DNA of 63,788 nucleotides from positions 1-63,788 of the forward strand of contig JBDTRY010000002.1 of assembly GCA_039931435.1 (NCBI GenBank), written 5' to 3'. Position numbers and translations under genes: made by a program. This DNA is from Acidobacteriota bacterium. Lineage in GTDB: Bacteria > Acidobacteriota > Thermoanaerobaculia > Gp7-AA8. Below the pieces are notes generated by a model. That model saw nothing but the letters and a program-made list of their open reading frames with translations. It did no database searches and had not been told where the DNA came from. Numbering within the stretch: position 1 is the first letter of the stretch; each line of letters starts with the position of its first letter. Of the stretch, positions 27,355 to 35,891 are shown in pieces.

Positions 27355-28241
27355 ACAATGCTGCGGCACAGGAGTCGCGACCTGTCCGCGGTCCGGCCGT
27401 CGACGGAGGGACGTCGCGCGTCGTCATCAGGGCGATGCTGTTCCTGTTGTCAAGTGCAGTGATACTCGCTGCGAGCGCCCCGCTCGGCGCTCGCCTGTCA
27501 GGTAGATGGCCTGAGCTGGCCGTCGGAGCGGTGGCCGCAATCGGCACCTTTCTACTTACCGTCGCCTGCGTTCGATGGGACCGCCTGACCCTCGATGACG
27601 TGGGCGCGGCGGCGAACCGGAGCAGTCTTTTTCGTCTTGCGATCGGCTTTCTCATCGGGCTCACGCTCGTTGCCCTCTGGGCGCAGATCTCGGCGATGGC
27701 TGGCGGAGTGCGCTGGGTACGGACTGCGTCGGTTGGCGGGATGGCGCCCTTGATTTCGTTGATTACCTACCTCGCCCTGGCATGCAGGGAGGAGTTGGCG
27801 TTTCGTGGATATCCGTTGCGACGGCTTTATGCGGCTCTGGGACTGTGGCCGGCCCAGATTGTCGTGGCGGTTGTATTCGTTCTGGAGCACAGGCTCGGTG
27901 GCTACCCGTGGGTAGACGCCGTTTTCGGTTCAGGGATGGGCGCGCTTCTGTTCGGCATGGCTGCCATCGCCACTGGAGGACTGGCCATACCAATCGGCAT
28001 TCACGCGGCGTGGAATTTCGGATCGTGGGCTGTGGGAATAAAGGGGACACCGGGATTCTGGAGACCGGTGGTTCTTCAGGCCGAGGCGGAGCGGGCCCAC
28101 ATTGCCGGAACCGTGATCTACGACGTGCTCTTCATCCTGGCCACGATATTGTTCTGGATCTGGCACCGCAGGAGAACGGTTATATTCCGTGATGCAGGCA
28201 GTGACGACACGCGTCGTCAGATTGGCAAGTGTTCTACTTAA
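27351..28241 (+). CDS. CPBP-family intramembrane glutamic endopeptidase (CAAX protease/Abi family)
   Basis: Motifs CREELAFRGYP (EExxxR), FVLEH and HAAWNF, with multiple TM segments. The start overlaps the upstream stop (ATGA). Confidence 0.85.
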   Translation: MNNAAAQESRPVRGPAVDGGTSRVVIRAMLFLLSSAVILAASAPLGARLSGRWPELAVGAVAAIGTFLLTVACVRWDRLTLDDVGAAANRSSLFRLAIGFLIGLTLVALWAQISAMAGGVRWVRTASVGGMAPLISLITYLALACREELAFRGYPLRRLYAALGLWPAQIVVAVVFVLEHRLGGYPWVDAVFGSGMGALLFGMAAIATGGLAIPIGIHAAWNFGSWAVGIKGTPGFWRPVVLQAEAERAHIAGTVIYDVLFILATILFWIWHRRRTVIFRDAGSDDTRRQIGKCST

Positions 28242-28361
28242 AATCGGATGAGGGATCTCCGGCTCTGGTAACAAAGATCATCATTGCACCGCGTGTACAC
28301 ATCCACTGGCGCTTGCGCCGTTACCCGCTCGGGACCTCACGCCTCCCCGAGGGAACCAACA

Positions 28362-29012
28362 TCACGGGGCCAGTTCATAGAGCTCGGTGCTCGGGCTGAT
28401 GAGCATCGGCCGGAAGCGAGCGCGAAACAAGGGGTTGGAAACGGGCATTGCGATCCGGGCAAATCTCTCGTTGATGAGAAGGTGATCGGCGCCGAATTTC
28501 CGGAGCCGGGTATAGAGCGCCTCCGGGTCATCGTCCAGTCTACGGATGGTGTCGTAGCGGTACGGACCGGTGGCGTCACCAAGGAAGCGGCCATCGGCGT
28601 AAAAAGCGGACTGTTCTACGAAGAGCGCATACACCGTGTAGTGAGAGCCACAGGTTGAGTTCAGAAGTACGAGAACGTCGTCTCCGGGAATGCGCTCCAG
28701 GAGGTATTTCTGGCGATCCGCGGTACGGACAGGAACGAGGCCGCGCTGCCAGACTTTCAGGGCAGCGTATCCGACGCCCGGCGATGCGAAGAGCAGTCCG
28801 GTGAGGACCACCATCGCTCCGGATATCGCCTTCTCTCGCGGAAGAAGACGGCTGACCAGGAGGGCGAAGGACACTGCCGCGGGGATGGCGAACATGGCAG
28901 CGCCAGCGAACAGGTAACGGTCGTCGGTGCCGGTCATGACTATGGCGTACACCAGAGTGACGAGGAACGCCACGCGTCCCCAGCGCAGTGCGATCCCCCC
29001 AGCCTCTCTCAC
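28362..29012 (-). CDS. Hypothetical membrane protein (possibly the C-terminal part of a larger membrane glycosyltransferase-like gene)
   Basis: 216 aa, with 3 TM-like segments followed by a soluble tail. The GTG start overlaps the stop of an upstream 63-aa ORF (GTGA). Confidence 0.5.
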   Translation of the reverse strand: MREAGGIALRWGRVAFLVTLVYAIVMTGTDDRYLFAGAAMFAIPAAVSFALLVSRLLPREKAISGAMVVLTGLLFASPGVGYAALKVWQRGLVPVRTADRQKYLLERIPGDDVLVLLNSTCGSHYTVYALFVEQSAFYADGRFLGDATGPYRYDTIRRLDDDPEALYTRLRKFGADHLLINERFARIAMPVSNPLFRARFRPMLISPSTELYELAP

Positions 29013-29196
29013 CGTTTTACTTCATCCTGGCTCCCCTGTTTCTCGCTCAAGCGCCGTGGCAAATGCGGTTTTCTCCAGTGTGAAGCAGCATGAGCGGAGT
29101 TGCCGCCAAGTATAGCGTTGCCGTCTGGTGGTTCATACAAATCGGGAAGGACCAGCCGGTCGTTCATAACAACGATTTTCCCGCCTGTCGGTGAAG

Positions 29197-29750
29197 TCAT
29201 GGAAACAGGTTGCGGCTGTCGATGATCTTCACACCGGTGAGCCCGTTTCGCTGATCCATGACGGCGATGGATAGCTGGCTACCCCGTTTGTCAATCAGAA
29301 TCTGCACGGAGTAGGTCACGAATCCGCCCGGGTCGTCTCTGCCGGCGACTACTCGAATGCAGTTTAAGCGATCGGTGGGACCTCGGCGATGCCGTTGACG
29401 GCGGCGAGCAGCACCTTGACCAGGGCCACACGCTCGTTTCCTTCCTTTGCGAACTGCAGATGGGCTCAGGGGGCCAGCTGTGTCGCCAGGGCCCTGAGTT
29501 CGGCGGCGGTCTCTATCGTCGATGGCTGCGCCACCGTGTGACTGTCGAAGCGGCTGAGCACGGGATCGTTGATCCCGCACTGAACCAGCGTGGTGCGGAA
29601 GGCGATGAATCGGCTGCGCAGGTCCGGCGGCAACAAATGCACGCCCGTCCTGTCCGGCGGCCGATCCTCGCCACCGCCGACCGGATCGATGTCCTGACTC
29701 ATCGCCTCGGCGATCGCCAGAGCCTCGGCTGCTAGAGCGCTGTTGTCCAT
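29197..29750 (-). pseudogene. Possibly disrupted hypothetical gene (in-frame TGA, then a frame change)
   Basis: The 94-aa ORF 29466-29750 (MDNSALAAEALAIAEAM...) continues in frame after TGA (29468-29466) as AHLQFAKEGNERVALVKVLLAAVNGIAEVPPIA* (to 29364). A coding-looking tail ..VVAGRDDPGGFVTYSVQILIDKRGSQLSIAVMDQRNGLTGVKIIDSRNLFP* follows in another frame, ending at 29197. Confidence 0.3.
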
Positions 29751-29845
29751 GCCTGAGTATTGGCGGGCCTGCCCGTCCCTCCGAGGAGTCTACTTCTTTC
29801 GATCGGTGAGTGACAGCGGCAGGCCGGCTCTTGTAAAAGGAACGG

Positions 29846-30592
29846 ATGAAGATTGCCACATGGAATGTGAACGGGATCAGAGCGCGGAAGGATCAGTTCG
29901 CCGGCTGGATGACCCGCGACGAACCTGACGTCGTCTGCCTTCAGGAACTGAAAGCGTCGCTCGATCAGATTCCCGCCGAGATCTGCGATCTGGCCGGATA
30001 CCGCTCCCTATGGCATGGCAACAAGGGCTACTCGGGAGTGAGCCTCCACGTTCGCAATGAAACCTTCCCCGGCGAGGTTCATTTCACCCATCCATCGTTC
30101 GATCACGAGACGCGAATCGTTCAGACGCAACTCGGCGACCTGGTCGTGGCCTCCGTGTACGTGCCGAACGGGGGCAAGGACTTCGGGGCCAAGATGGACT
30201 TTCTTCAGGCCATCAATGAATACGTCGAACGAACGCACAGGGAAGGACTCTCCCTGATCCTCTGCGGAGACATGAACGTGGCGCTGACCGATCGCGACGT
30301 GCATCCCAGGGAACGCAAGCCCGGGATCATCGGGCAGCGTTCCGACGAACGGGAACTGATGGAAGGGCTCATCAGCCGAGGGCTGGTGGACCTTGGCAGA
30401 ACAATGGATCCCGAAAACGACGATCTCTTCACCTGGTGGGCGCCCTGGCGCAACATGCGCCAACGCAACATCGGCTGGCGCCTGGACTACGTACTGGCCA
30501 GCCAGGCCTGGGCATCGCGCGCCGTTTCCTGCCGTGTACTCAGTGAGATCGGAACCAGCGATCACGCCCCGGTCATGGCAGTCTTCGACTGA
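29846..30592 (+). CDS. xth: Exodeoxyribonuclease III
   Basis: MKIATWNVNGIRAR...VVCLQELK...SDHAPV. Full-length ExoIII/APE pattern (248 aa). Confidence 0.92.
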   Translation: MKIATWNVNGIRARKDQFAGWMTRDEPDVVCLQELKASLDQIPAEICDLAGYRSLWHGNKGYSGVSLHVRNETFPGEVHFTHPSFDHETRIVQTQLGDLVVASVYVPNGGKDFGAKMDFLQAINEYVERTHREGLSLILCGDMNVALTDRDVHPRERKPGIIGQRSDERELMEGLISRGLVDLGRTMDPENDDLFTWWAPWRNMRQRNIGWRLDYVLASQAWASRAVSCRVLSEIGTSDHAPVMAVFD

Positions 30593-30719
30593 CGAGGGAA
30601 CGGATCGCTGGTCCTACGAAGGTCTTCGTTGACAATGCAAACTTTGTCGTATACGTTGTGTCGGTGGGCCGGGCTGTTCACAGGAACGAAACTCCCGCCC
30701 CCGCTGGACGTAATAGTCG

Positions 30720-31016
30720 ATGAACGCATTTCGATTCGATGAGACGAGGATGGTATGCGAGACACCAGGTTCGCCGGTCCTGACGCTGAGCACCGACTTC
30801 TCAGGCCGAGGTTTTGTACCCGCATCGGAGTCACCTCGGTCGCCGGCGGAGGAGATTTTCGGTTTTCGCAGACACGCTTTCTGGCGGGAGATGTTCCGTC
30901 GAATCCGACCTTCGCTGTTCAGAAATAACGAATTGATGATTCACCGCTCGACAAAAGTTCCGATCGATGAATTACGCGAGATCAGAACGATCATTGCGTA
31001 CAGGGAGCAACGATGA
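30720..31016 (+). CDS. Small hypothetical protein translationally coupled to the second M56 gene
   Basis: 98 aa. The stop overlaps the downstream ATG (ATGA at 31013). No winged-helix is recognisable. The C-terminal ..PIDELREIRTII weakly recalls BlaI C-termini. Codon bias is only moderate. Confidence 0.35.
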   Translation: MNAFRFDETRMVCETPGSPVLTLSTDFSGRGFVPASESPRSPAEEIFGFRRHAFWREMFRRIRPSLFRNNELMIHRSTKVPIDELREIRTIIAYREQR

Positions 31017-33460
31017 CTATCAGCGCAACCCTCATTCAGGCTCTAGGCTGGACGTTGATTCACTTCCTCTGGCAGGGAGCGATGGTGGTCGGACTGACCG
31101 CATGTGCACTCGAACTCGTGGACAAGCGTTCGGCCCGGCTGCGGTATGCATTCGGCTGCATCGGAATGCTGCTTCTCGTTGCCGCTCCGCTGGTCACATT
31201 CTCCCGCGAATATGCGGCAGCGGCTTCGCTGCCCGCCCTCGCAGATTATGCCGTTCCGCAGGTGCTGGACATGGCAAAGTCGGGCGCATCGGCCACCGTG
31301 GAACGATCCCGTGAGTTCATTGGTCTGATCCGCGGTAGCTCCCCGGCACCGGCCGCGCCCATCGACTGGCGCGGAGGAATCAGCGAGGTTCTTTCTCCGG
31401 TGCTGCCGGCCCTGGTGCTCTTCTGGACGATTGGCGTGGCCCTGCTTTCCCTGCGCGTAGTCCGGGGAACGGTCGGAGTATGGAGGATGCGTACGTCGCA
31501 CACCGATGCGCTCCCAGCGATCTGGGAGCGAAGGTTTGCTGCGTTAGCCGCGCGCATGGATGTGAAGCGGCGTATGCGTATTCTGCAGTCGTCGCTGGCC
31601 GAAGTGCCGGCGGTGATCGGAGTGATCCGGCCGGTGATCCTCATTCCGGCTTCGGCGCTCTCCGGATTGTCGACAGAACAGCTGGAAATGATTCTGGCGC
31701 ACGAGATTGCGCACGTTCGCCGCCTCGATTACCTGGTGAACCTGCTGCAGACCCTCGTGGAAACGATGTTCTTCTACCACCCCGCGGTGTGGTGGATCTC
31801 CAATCAGATCCGCATCGAACGGGAGAACTGCTGCGACGACGCGGCACTGGCAGTCTGTGGCAATCCGGTTCTGTATGCCCGGGCCCTGGCCGAACTGGAA
31901 ACGCTTCGAGGAAACGCTCCGGCTCCGGCTATTGCTGCAACTGGCGGCTCGCTGATCGCCCGCATCCGGCGCGTCCTGGCGAACGATCAGGAAGAAACGA
32001 CGCCGGCGCCCGTGGCGGGAGTGGCCATCCTGGCGGTGATCCTCATCGTCATCCTCGCTCCATTCTCTGTTCTTGCCGGACGTGCGACGAATGACGGCGT
32101 CCGTCACAGTGGCGTTGTGGAGTCCCTGGTCAGACTGGTGGTGAACAAGAGTACCGGTGTTACACCGGCCAAACCCGAGGTTGCCTCGGTCGCCAGCGAC
32201 GACTCCACTGACAAAGAGTGGAACGATGTCGTAATCGACCGCACGGATAACAAAACCGACCGGAATCCCGCCGACTTTGGCGGTCTGAAGGAAGCCATCG
32301 AGGTGGTGTCCAACCGTCTCACTGGCGATCGCCAGCCGGCTCTCGATGACGGCGCGGGCTGGTACCGGTTCGGATATGCACTGCACAACAAAGATCAGTT
32401 CGACGATGCGCGTGCAGCATTCGAGCGGGCCATTCAGCTGGGAGCGAAGGTTCCCGAGTCCAGTTACAACATCGCCTGCGGCTACGCCCTTCAGAACGAT
32501 CACGAGAACGCCCTGCTCTGGCTGAGGAAGGCCATCGACGCCGGTTACGATTCCCGGGGTCACATGAACCACGATTCCGATCTGGATCGGCTGCGGACAG
32601 ATCCCCGCTTCGCCCAGCTGATGCAGACGCTTCCATCCGACAATAAGGACACTGGTGATGATCGTCTCACCGAGGCCAATGACGAGTTCTCAAGGCTGAA
32701 GAGGTCAGATTCGAAGGAAGGCGGAGACTGGTTCGGTGTGGGCTTCGACCTGATTTCGCTCGGAGACTATCCCCGGGCCATCGACGCCTTCCAGCATGCT
32801 CTCCAGTATGGATTCAAAGAAAGCACCACGATGTACAACCTGGCCTGCGCGTATTCACTGAACGGAAACCGCGATGAGGGGATGCGCTGGCTGACGAAAG
32901 CTGTCGAAAATGGTTTCGACAATTCCGGGAAACTCGATCGGGACCCGGACATTCAGGGCCTTCGCTCCGATCCTCGTTTTCCGGCGCTGCGGCAGCGAGC
33001 GGACGCACTTTCGCTCGGCCAGTTCATGTCCTTCGATAAGTTCATGACCGCTCACTGGCAGAAAGCCGTCGATCATTTTCGAAGCGTAGTGCAGAGTGAC
33101 AACTGTGGAAGATCGTGGTTCAACCTCGGGTACTCGCTTCATGAGAACGGCCAGTACGGCGAAGCCATCAGTGCCTATCAGCAGGCGCTGTCAAAGGGCT
33201 ATCGTATTCCGACTACTACCTACAACGTGGCATGCAGCTACGCCCGCCTCGGCGACAGGGAAAATGCATTCGTCTGGCTCGATCGCGCAGCGAACGCCGG
33301 AATGAATGAAGACGTGATCAGCGGAGACGACGATCTGAACAGTCTGCATTCCGATCCCCGGTTCGAGAAGTACAGGAAGGACGAACCGAAAAAATTCTGG
33401 AAGGACAAGAAAAAAGAGCAGGAGAAGCGCTCGAAGGTATCGGAGATCGTTCAGTTCTAG
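31013..33460 (+). CDS. M56-family (BlaR1-like) membrane metalloprotease with C-terminal TPR-repeat domain
   Basis: ILAHEIAHVRRLDYLVNLLQTLVETMFFYHPAVWWISNQIRIERENCCDDAAL. A TM segment follows, then ~440 aa of TPR-like repeats (WYRFGYALHNKDQFDDARAAFERAIQLG..., NLACAYSLNGNRDEGMRWLTKAVENGF...). Confidence 0.88.
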   Translation: MTISATLIQALGWTLIHFLWQGAMVVGLTACALELVDKRSARLRYAFGCIGMLLLVAAPLVTFSREYAAAASLPALADYAVPQVLDMAKSGASATVERSREFIGLIRGSSPAPAAPIDWRGGISEVLSPVLPALVLFWTIGVALLSLRVVRGTVGVWRMRTSHTDALPAIWERRFAALAARMDVKRRMRILQSSLAEVPAVIGVIRPVILIPASALSGLSTEQLEMILAHEIAHVRRLDYLVNLLQTLVETMFFYHPAVWWISNQIRIERENCCDDAALAVCGNPVLYARALAELETLRGNAPAPAIAATGGSLIARIRRVLANDQEETTPAPVAGVAILAVILIVILAPFSVLAGRATNDGVRHSGVVESLVRLVVNKSTGVTPAKPEVASVASDDSTDKEWNDVVIDRTDNKTDRNPADFGGLKEAIEVVSNRLTGDRQPALDDGAGWYRFGYALHNKDQFDDARAAFERAIQLGAKVPESSYNIACGYALQNDHENALLWLRKAIDAGYDSRGHMNHDSDLDRLRTDPRFAQLMQTLPSDNKDTGDDRLTEANDEFSRLKRSDSKEGGDWFGVGFDLISLGDYPRAIDAFQHALQYGFKESTTMYNLACAYSLNGNRDEGMRWLTKAVENGFDNSGKLDRDPDIQGLRSDPRFPALRQRADALSLGQFMSFDKFMTAHWQKAVDHFRSVVQSDNCGRSWFNLGYSLHENGQYGEAISAYQQALSKGYRIPTTTYNVACSYARLGDRENAFVWLDRAANAGMNEDVISGDDDLNSLHSDPRFEKYRKDEPKKFWKDKKKEQEKRSKVSEIVQF

Positions 33461-33516
33461 AGAGCCAATTGCCGCTGACGTGGCCGAAGGTTTCAATGTT
33501 GGGCGAAGACCTTTGA

Positions 33517-33565
33517 GCAACCGGGAAGGTAGAAGAGATCCTTCGCTCGACGCTCAGGATGACAG
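33517..33565 (+). repeat. Dispersed intergenic repeat, module A copy
   Basis: gcaaccgggaaggtagaagagatccttcgctcgacgctcaggatgacag. Confidence 0.8.
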
Positions 33566-33610
33566 GTACGCGAAGCGCTCCTGAACGCAACGCGCATCCC
33601 CTTTTCAACA

Positions 33611-33644
33611 TGTCATCCCGAACGAGCGAAGCGAGGAGGGATCC
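33611..33644 (+). repeat. Dispersed intergenic repeat, module C copy (TGTCATCCCGAACGAGCGAAGCGAGGAGGGATCC)
   Basis: Related pieces occur at 182-200, 1538-1563(-), 37513-37537 and 37592-37615(-). Confidence 0.7.
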
Positions 33645-33697
33645 CCCGCTCGTGTGACGATCCCTGTCGCTGAGAACACCGCCACTCGGTGCCTTCC

Positions 33698-35629
33698 TCA
33701 GTCCAGCAGATATCTCTGCAGGAAACTCACCATGGCCAGCATCTGGTAGTCGGCGTTCACCTTCTTGCCGAATCCGTGGCCCTCGTTCTTGCCCAGCAGA
33801 TACCACACCGGCGTGCCCTGGGCCCGAACCCGTTTGATCATCTGTTCTCCTTCCGTGTAAGGGACACGCGGATCGTTGAACCCGGCGATGACGAAAAGAG
33901 GATTCCGAATTTTCTCAGCACTGGTCAGAGGCGAGATCGTCTCCAGGAACTGCGCCATCCCCGGCTCGCGCTCGTCCCCGTACTCTACGCGCCGGAGATC
34001 CTGCCGGTAGGACTGCGTGTTCTTCAGGAAGGTGTTGAAGTTCGAGATTCCGACGACGTCGATCCCGGCGCGGATGCGCTCGGAGTAGTGGGTGAGTGTG
34101 GCCAGAGACATGTAGCCGCCGTAGCTGCCACCGTAGACTGCCACGCGCGAGCCATCCAGTTTCGAATCGGCGGCGATCCAGTCCAGGACCGTGCCGATGT
34201 CTTTGACTGAATCCTCGCGGTGCATGCCGTTGTCCATGGCCAGGTAGGTCTTCCCGTAGCCCGTGGAGCCTCGGACGTTGGGATAGACCACGGCCACGCC
34301 CATCTCGTTGATGAAGTAGTTTCCGCGCCCGAGAAAGACGGGTCTGGACTGACCCTCGGGGCCTCCATGGATGTTGACGATCACCGGCCGCTTCCCGGGA
34401 AACTTCGAGGGATCGGGCCGGTAGACGAAGGCGGAGATCGCTGTGCCATCGAAGCTCTTCATGGGAACGAGCTCGGGCTCCACATTTCGTGACGGGTCCA
34501 TACCTCCCGTTTCACTGAACGTCCATCGTTCCAGCCTGCCCGTCTTCACGTCCAAGGACCAGGTATCGCTCGGAGATTTCGCCGAGGAGATATCGAAGGC
34601 GATCAGAGCGCCCGAAGGGTGCCAGCGCATGCGGGACAAAACTCCGGCCGGAACCGCCGGGACAGAGAGAGCTTTGTGCGTAGCGGCGTCTATCAAGTGC
34701 AGTTTTCCAACGCCGTTTTCATTCGTTATGAAGGCGATGGCCTTGCCGTCCGGAGACGGTTCGAACTCCTCGACATCCCACTTGGTGTTGCTGCTCAGAG
34801 CAGCGATGCGGCCCGTGGCCGGTTCCAGGGAGACCAGAGTGCTGAACTCTCCGCGGGCGTCGGTAGTGACGTAGATTGATTTCCCGTCGGCGGAGAACCG
34901 GGCATCGTTCCAGGTGGCCCGGTCGGACGTTTTCGGGGTGATTTCCGTGAGCTGCCCGCTGGCCAGATCGAGAATGTGCAGATGGTCTTCATTGGCCGAG
35001 ATTCCCTCATCGAGAAGGAGGCGCTTATCGTCCGGAGACCAGTCGGTCACTCTCCACCCGCCGCTCTTCACCTGGAGGACCAGTCGGGCCGACTTCGGGT
35101 CGACTGGATTCATGACGTAGAGGTCGCTGTCCTTTCCGTTCCGCCGTGTTGAGGAGTAGGCGATGCGTTCCCCGCCATTCGACCAGCGCAACCCGCCGTT
35201 CCGTGATTTCCCGTCCGTGAGCAGCGTCGTCGTCCCGTCGGAGAGGTCGAAGCGGTAGAGCTGGTAAAACTCGCCCCCGCCGATGTCCCGCGAAAAAACG
35301 ATGATCTTTCCGTCGCCAGGGGAGAACGAGCCTCCTCCGACACGGTCGTCGAAGAATGTGAGCTGCTCCCTGGCTCCGCCGGGGATCTTCACCACATGGA
35401 GCTGGGGTGTATTCCCGAAGCGGGTGACAATGAGCATTTGCCGGCCGACCGGGCTCCAGCCCTGAAAAGCCACGGAGCGTGACTCGAGATACGGTTCGAC
35501 TCGGGCGGCCAATGCATCAGAGATCTCCGGAATACCTTCTCGCACGAGGCTTGCCGGGGCATCGGCGGCTGTAATGTGCGCGGCGGAGAGGACGAAGGCC
35601 AGAGTAAAAGCGACGTTGGCTCGGAGCAT
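33698..35629 (-). CDS. S9-family serine peptidase (prolyl oligopeptidase/dipeptidyl-aminopeptidase type) with N-terminal beta-propeller
   Basis: GGSYGGYMSL nucleophile, a DPRVP-type Asp region and GKNEGHGF His. TolB-like propeller repeats. Start moved to ATG 35629 (AAGGAG 6 nt upstream; signal MLRANVAFTLAFVLSAAHITA). ATG 35644 is also possible. Confidence 0.88.
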   Translation of the reverse strand: MLRANVAFTLAFVLSAAHITAADAPASLVREGIPEISDALAARVEPYLESRSVAFQGWSPVGRQMLIVTRFGNTPQLHVVKIPGGAREQLTFFDDRVGGGSFSPGDGKIIVFSRDIGGGEFYQLYRFDLSDGTTTLLTDGKSRNGGLRWSNGGERIAYSSTRRNGKDSDLYVMNPVDPKSARLVLQVKSGGWRVTDWSPDDKRLLLDEGISANEDHLHILDLASGQLTEITPKTSDRATWNDARFSADGKSIYVTTDARGEFSTLVSLEPATGRIAALSSNTKWDVEEFEPSPDGKAIAFITNENGVGKLHLIDAATHKALSVPAVPAGVLSRMRWHPSGALIAFDISSAKSPSDTWSLDVKTGRLERWTFSETGGMDPSRNVEPELVPMKSFDGTAISAFVYRPDPSKFPGKRPVIVNIHGGPEGQSRPVFLGRGNYFINEMGVAVVYPNVRGSTGYGKTYLAMDNGMHREDSVKDIGTVLDWIAADSKLDGSRVAVYGGSYGGYMSLATLTHYSERIRAGIDVVGISNFNTFLKNTQSYRQDLRRVEYGDEREPGMAQFLETISPLTSAEKIRNPLFVIAGFNDPRVPYTEGEQMIKRVRAQGTPVWYLLGKNEGHGFGKKVNADYQMLAMVSFLQRYLLD

Positions 35630-35891
35630 GGTTTTCTCCTTCATGAGACCGCTCTTGATTCGGCGAGCATAGCAACAATGGGACACGCGGTTGCCTATAG
35701 AATTCACGGCGGAATGAAATGACCGGGCGACCCTGTTGCGGATGGCGATCATTAATCCATGGAACGCCGCCCGCAGCGGGCAGTTGCGGTTGGGATCGCG
35801 CGTTCATCTTTCCTATGATATCGAGTAACATACGCCGTCCCAGTCCTACCTCGCCGACCGAGGCACCAATCAGAAAGGTTCTACACATCCC

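Noticed and set aside
29466-29468. The in-frame TGA, considered as a selenocysteine codon.
   Set aside because: No SECIS-like hairpin is evident immediately downstream, and there is no redox motif around the codon. A frame change also follows, which fits decay or error better.
29197-29859. 220-aa minus-strand ORF taken at face value.
   Set aside because: Its N-terminal two thirds are Arg/Gly-rich. They are out of frame with a better-looking 94-aa ORF and overlap the xth start. Only its last ~50 codons look coding (see the finding on 29197-29750).
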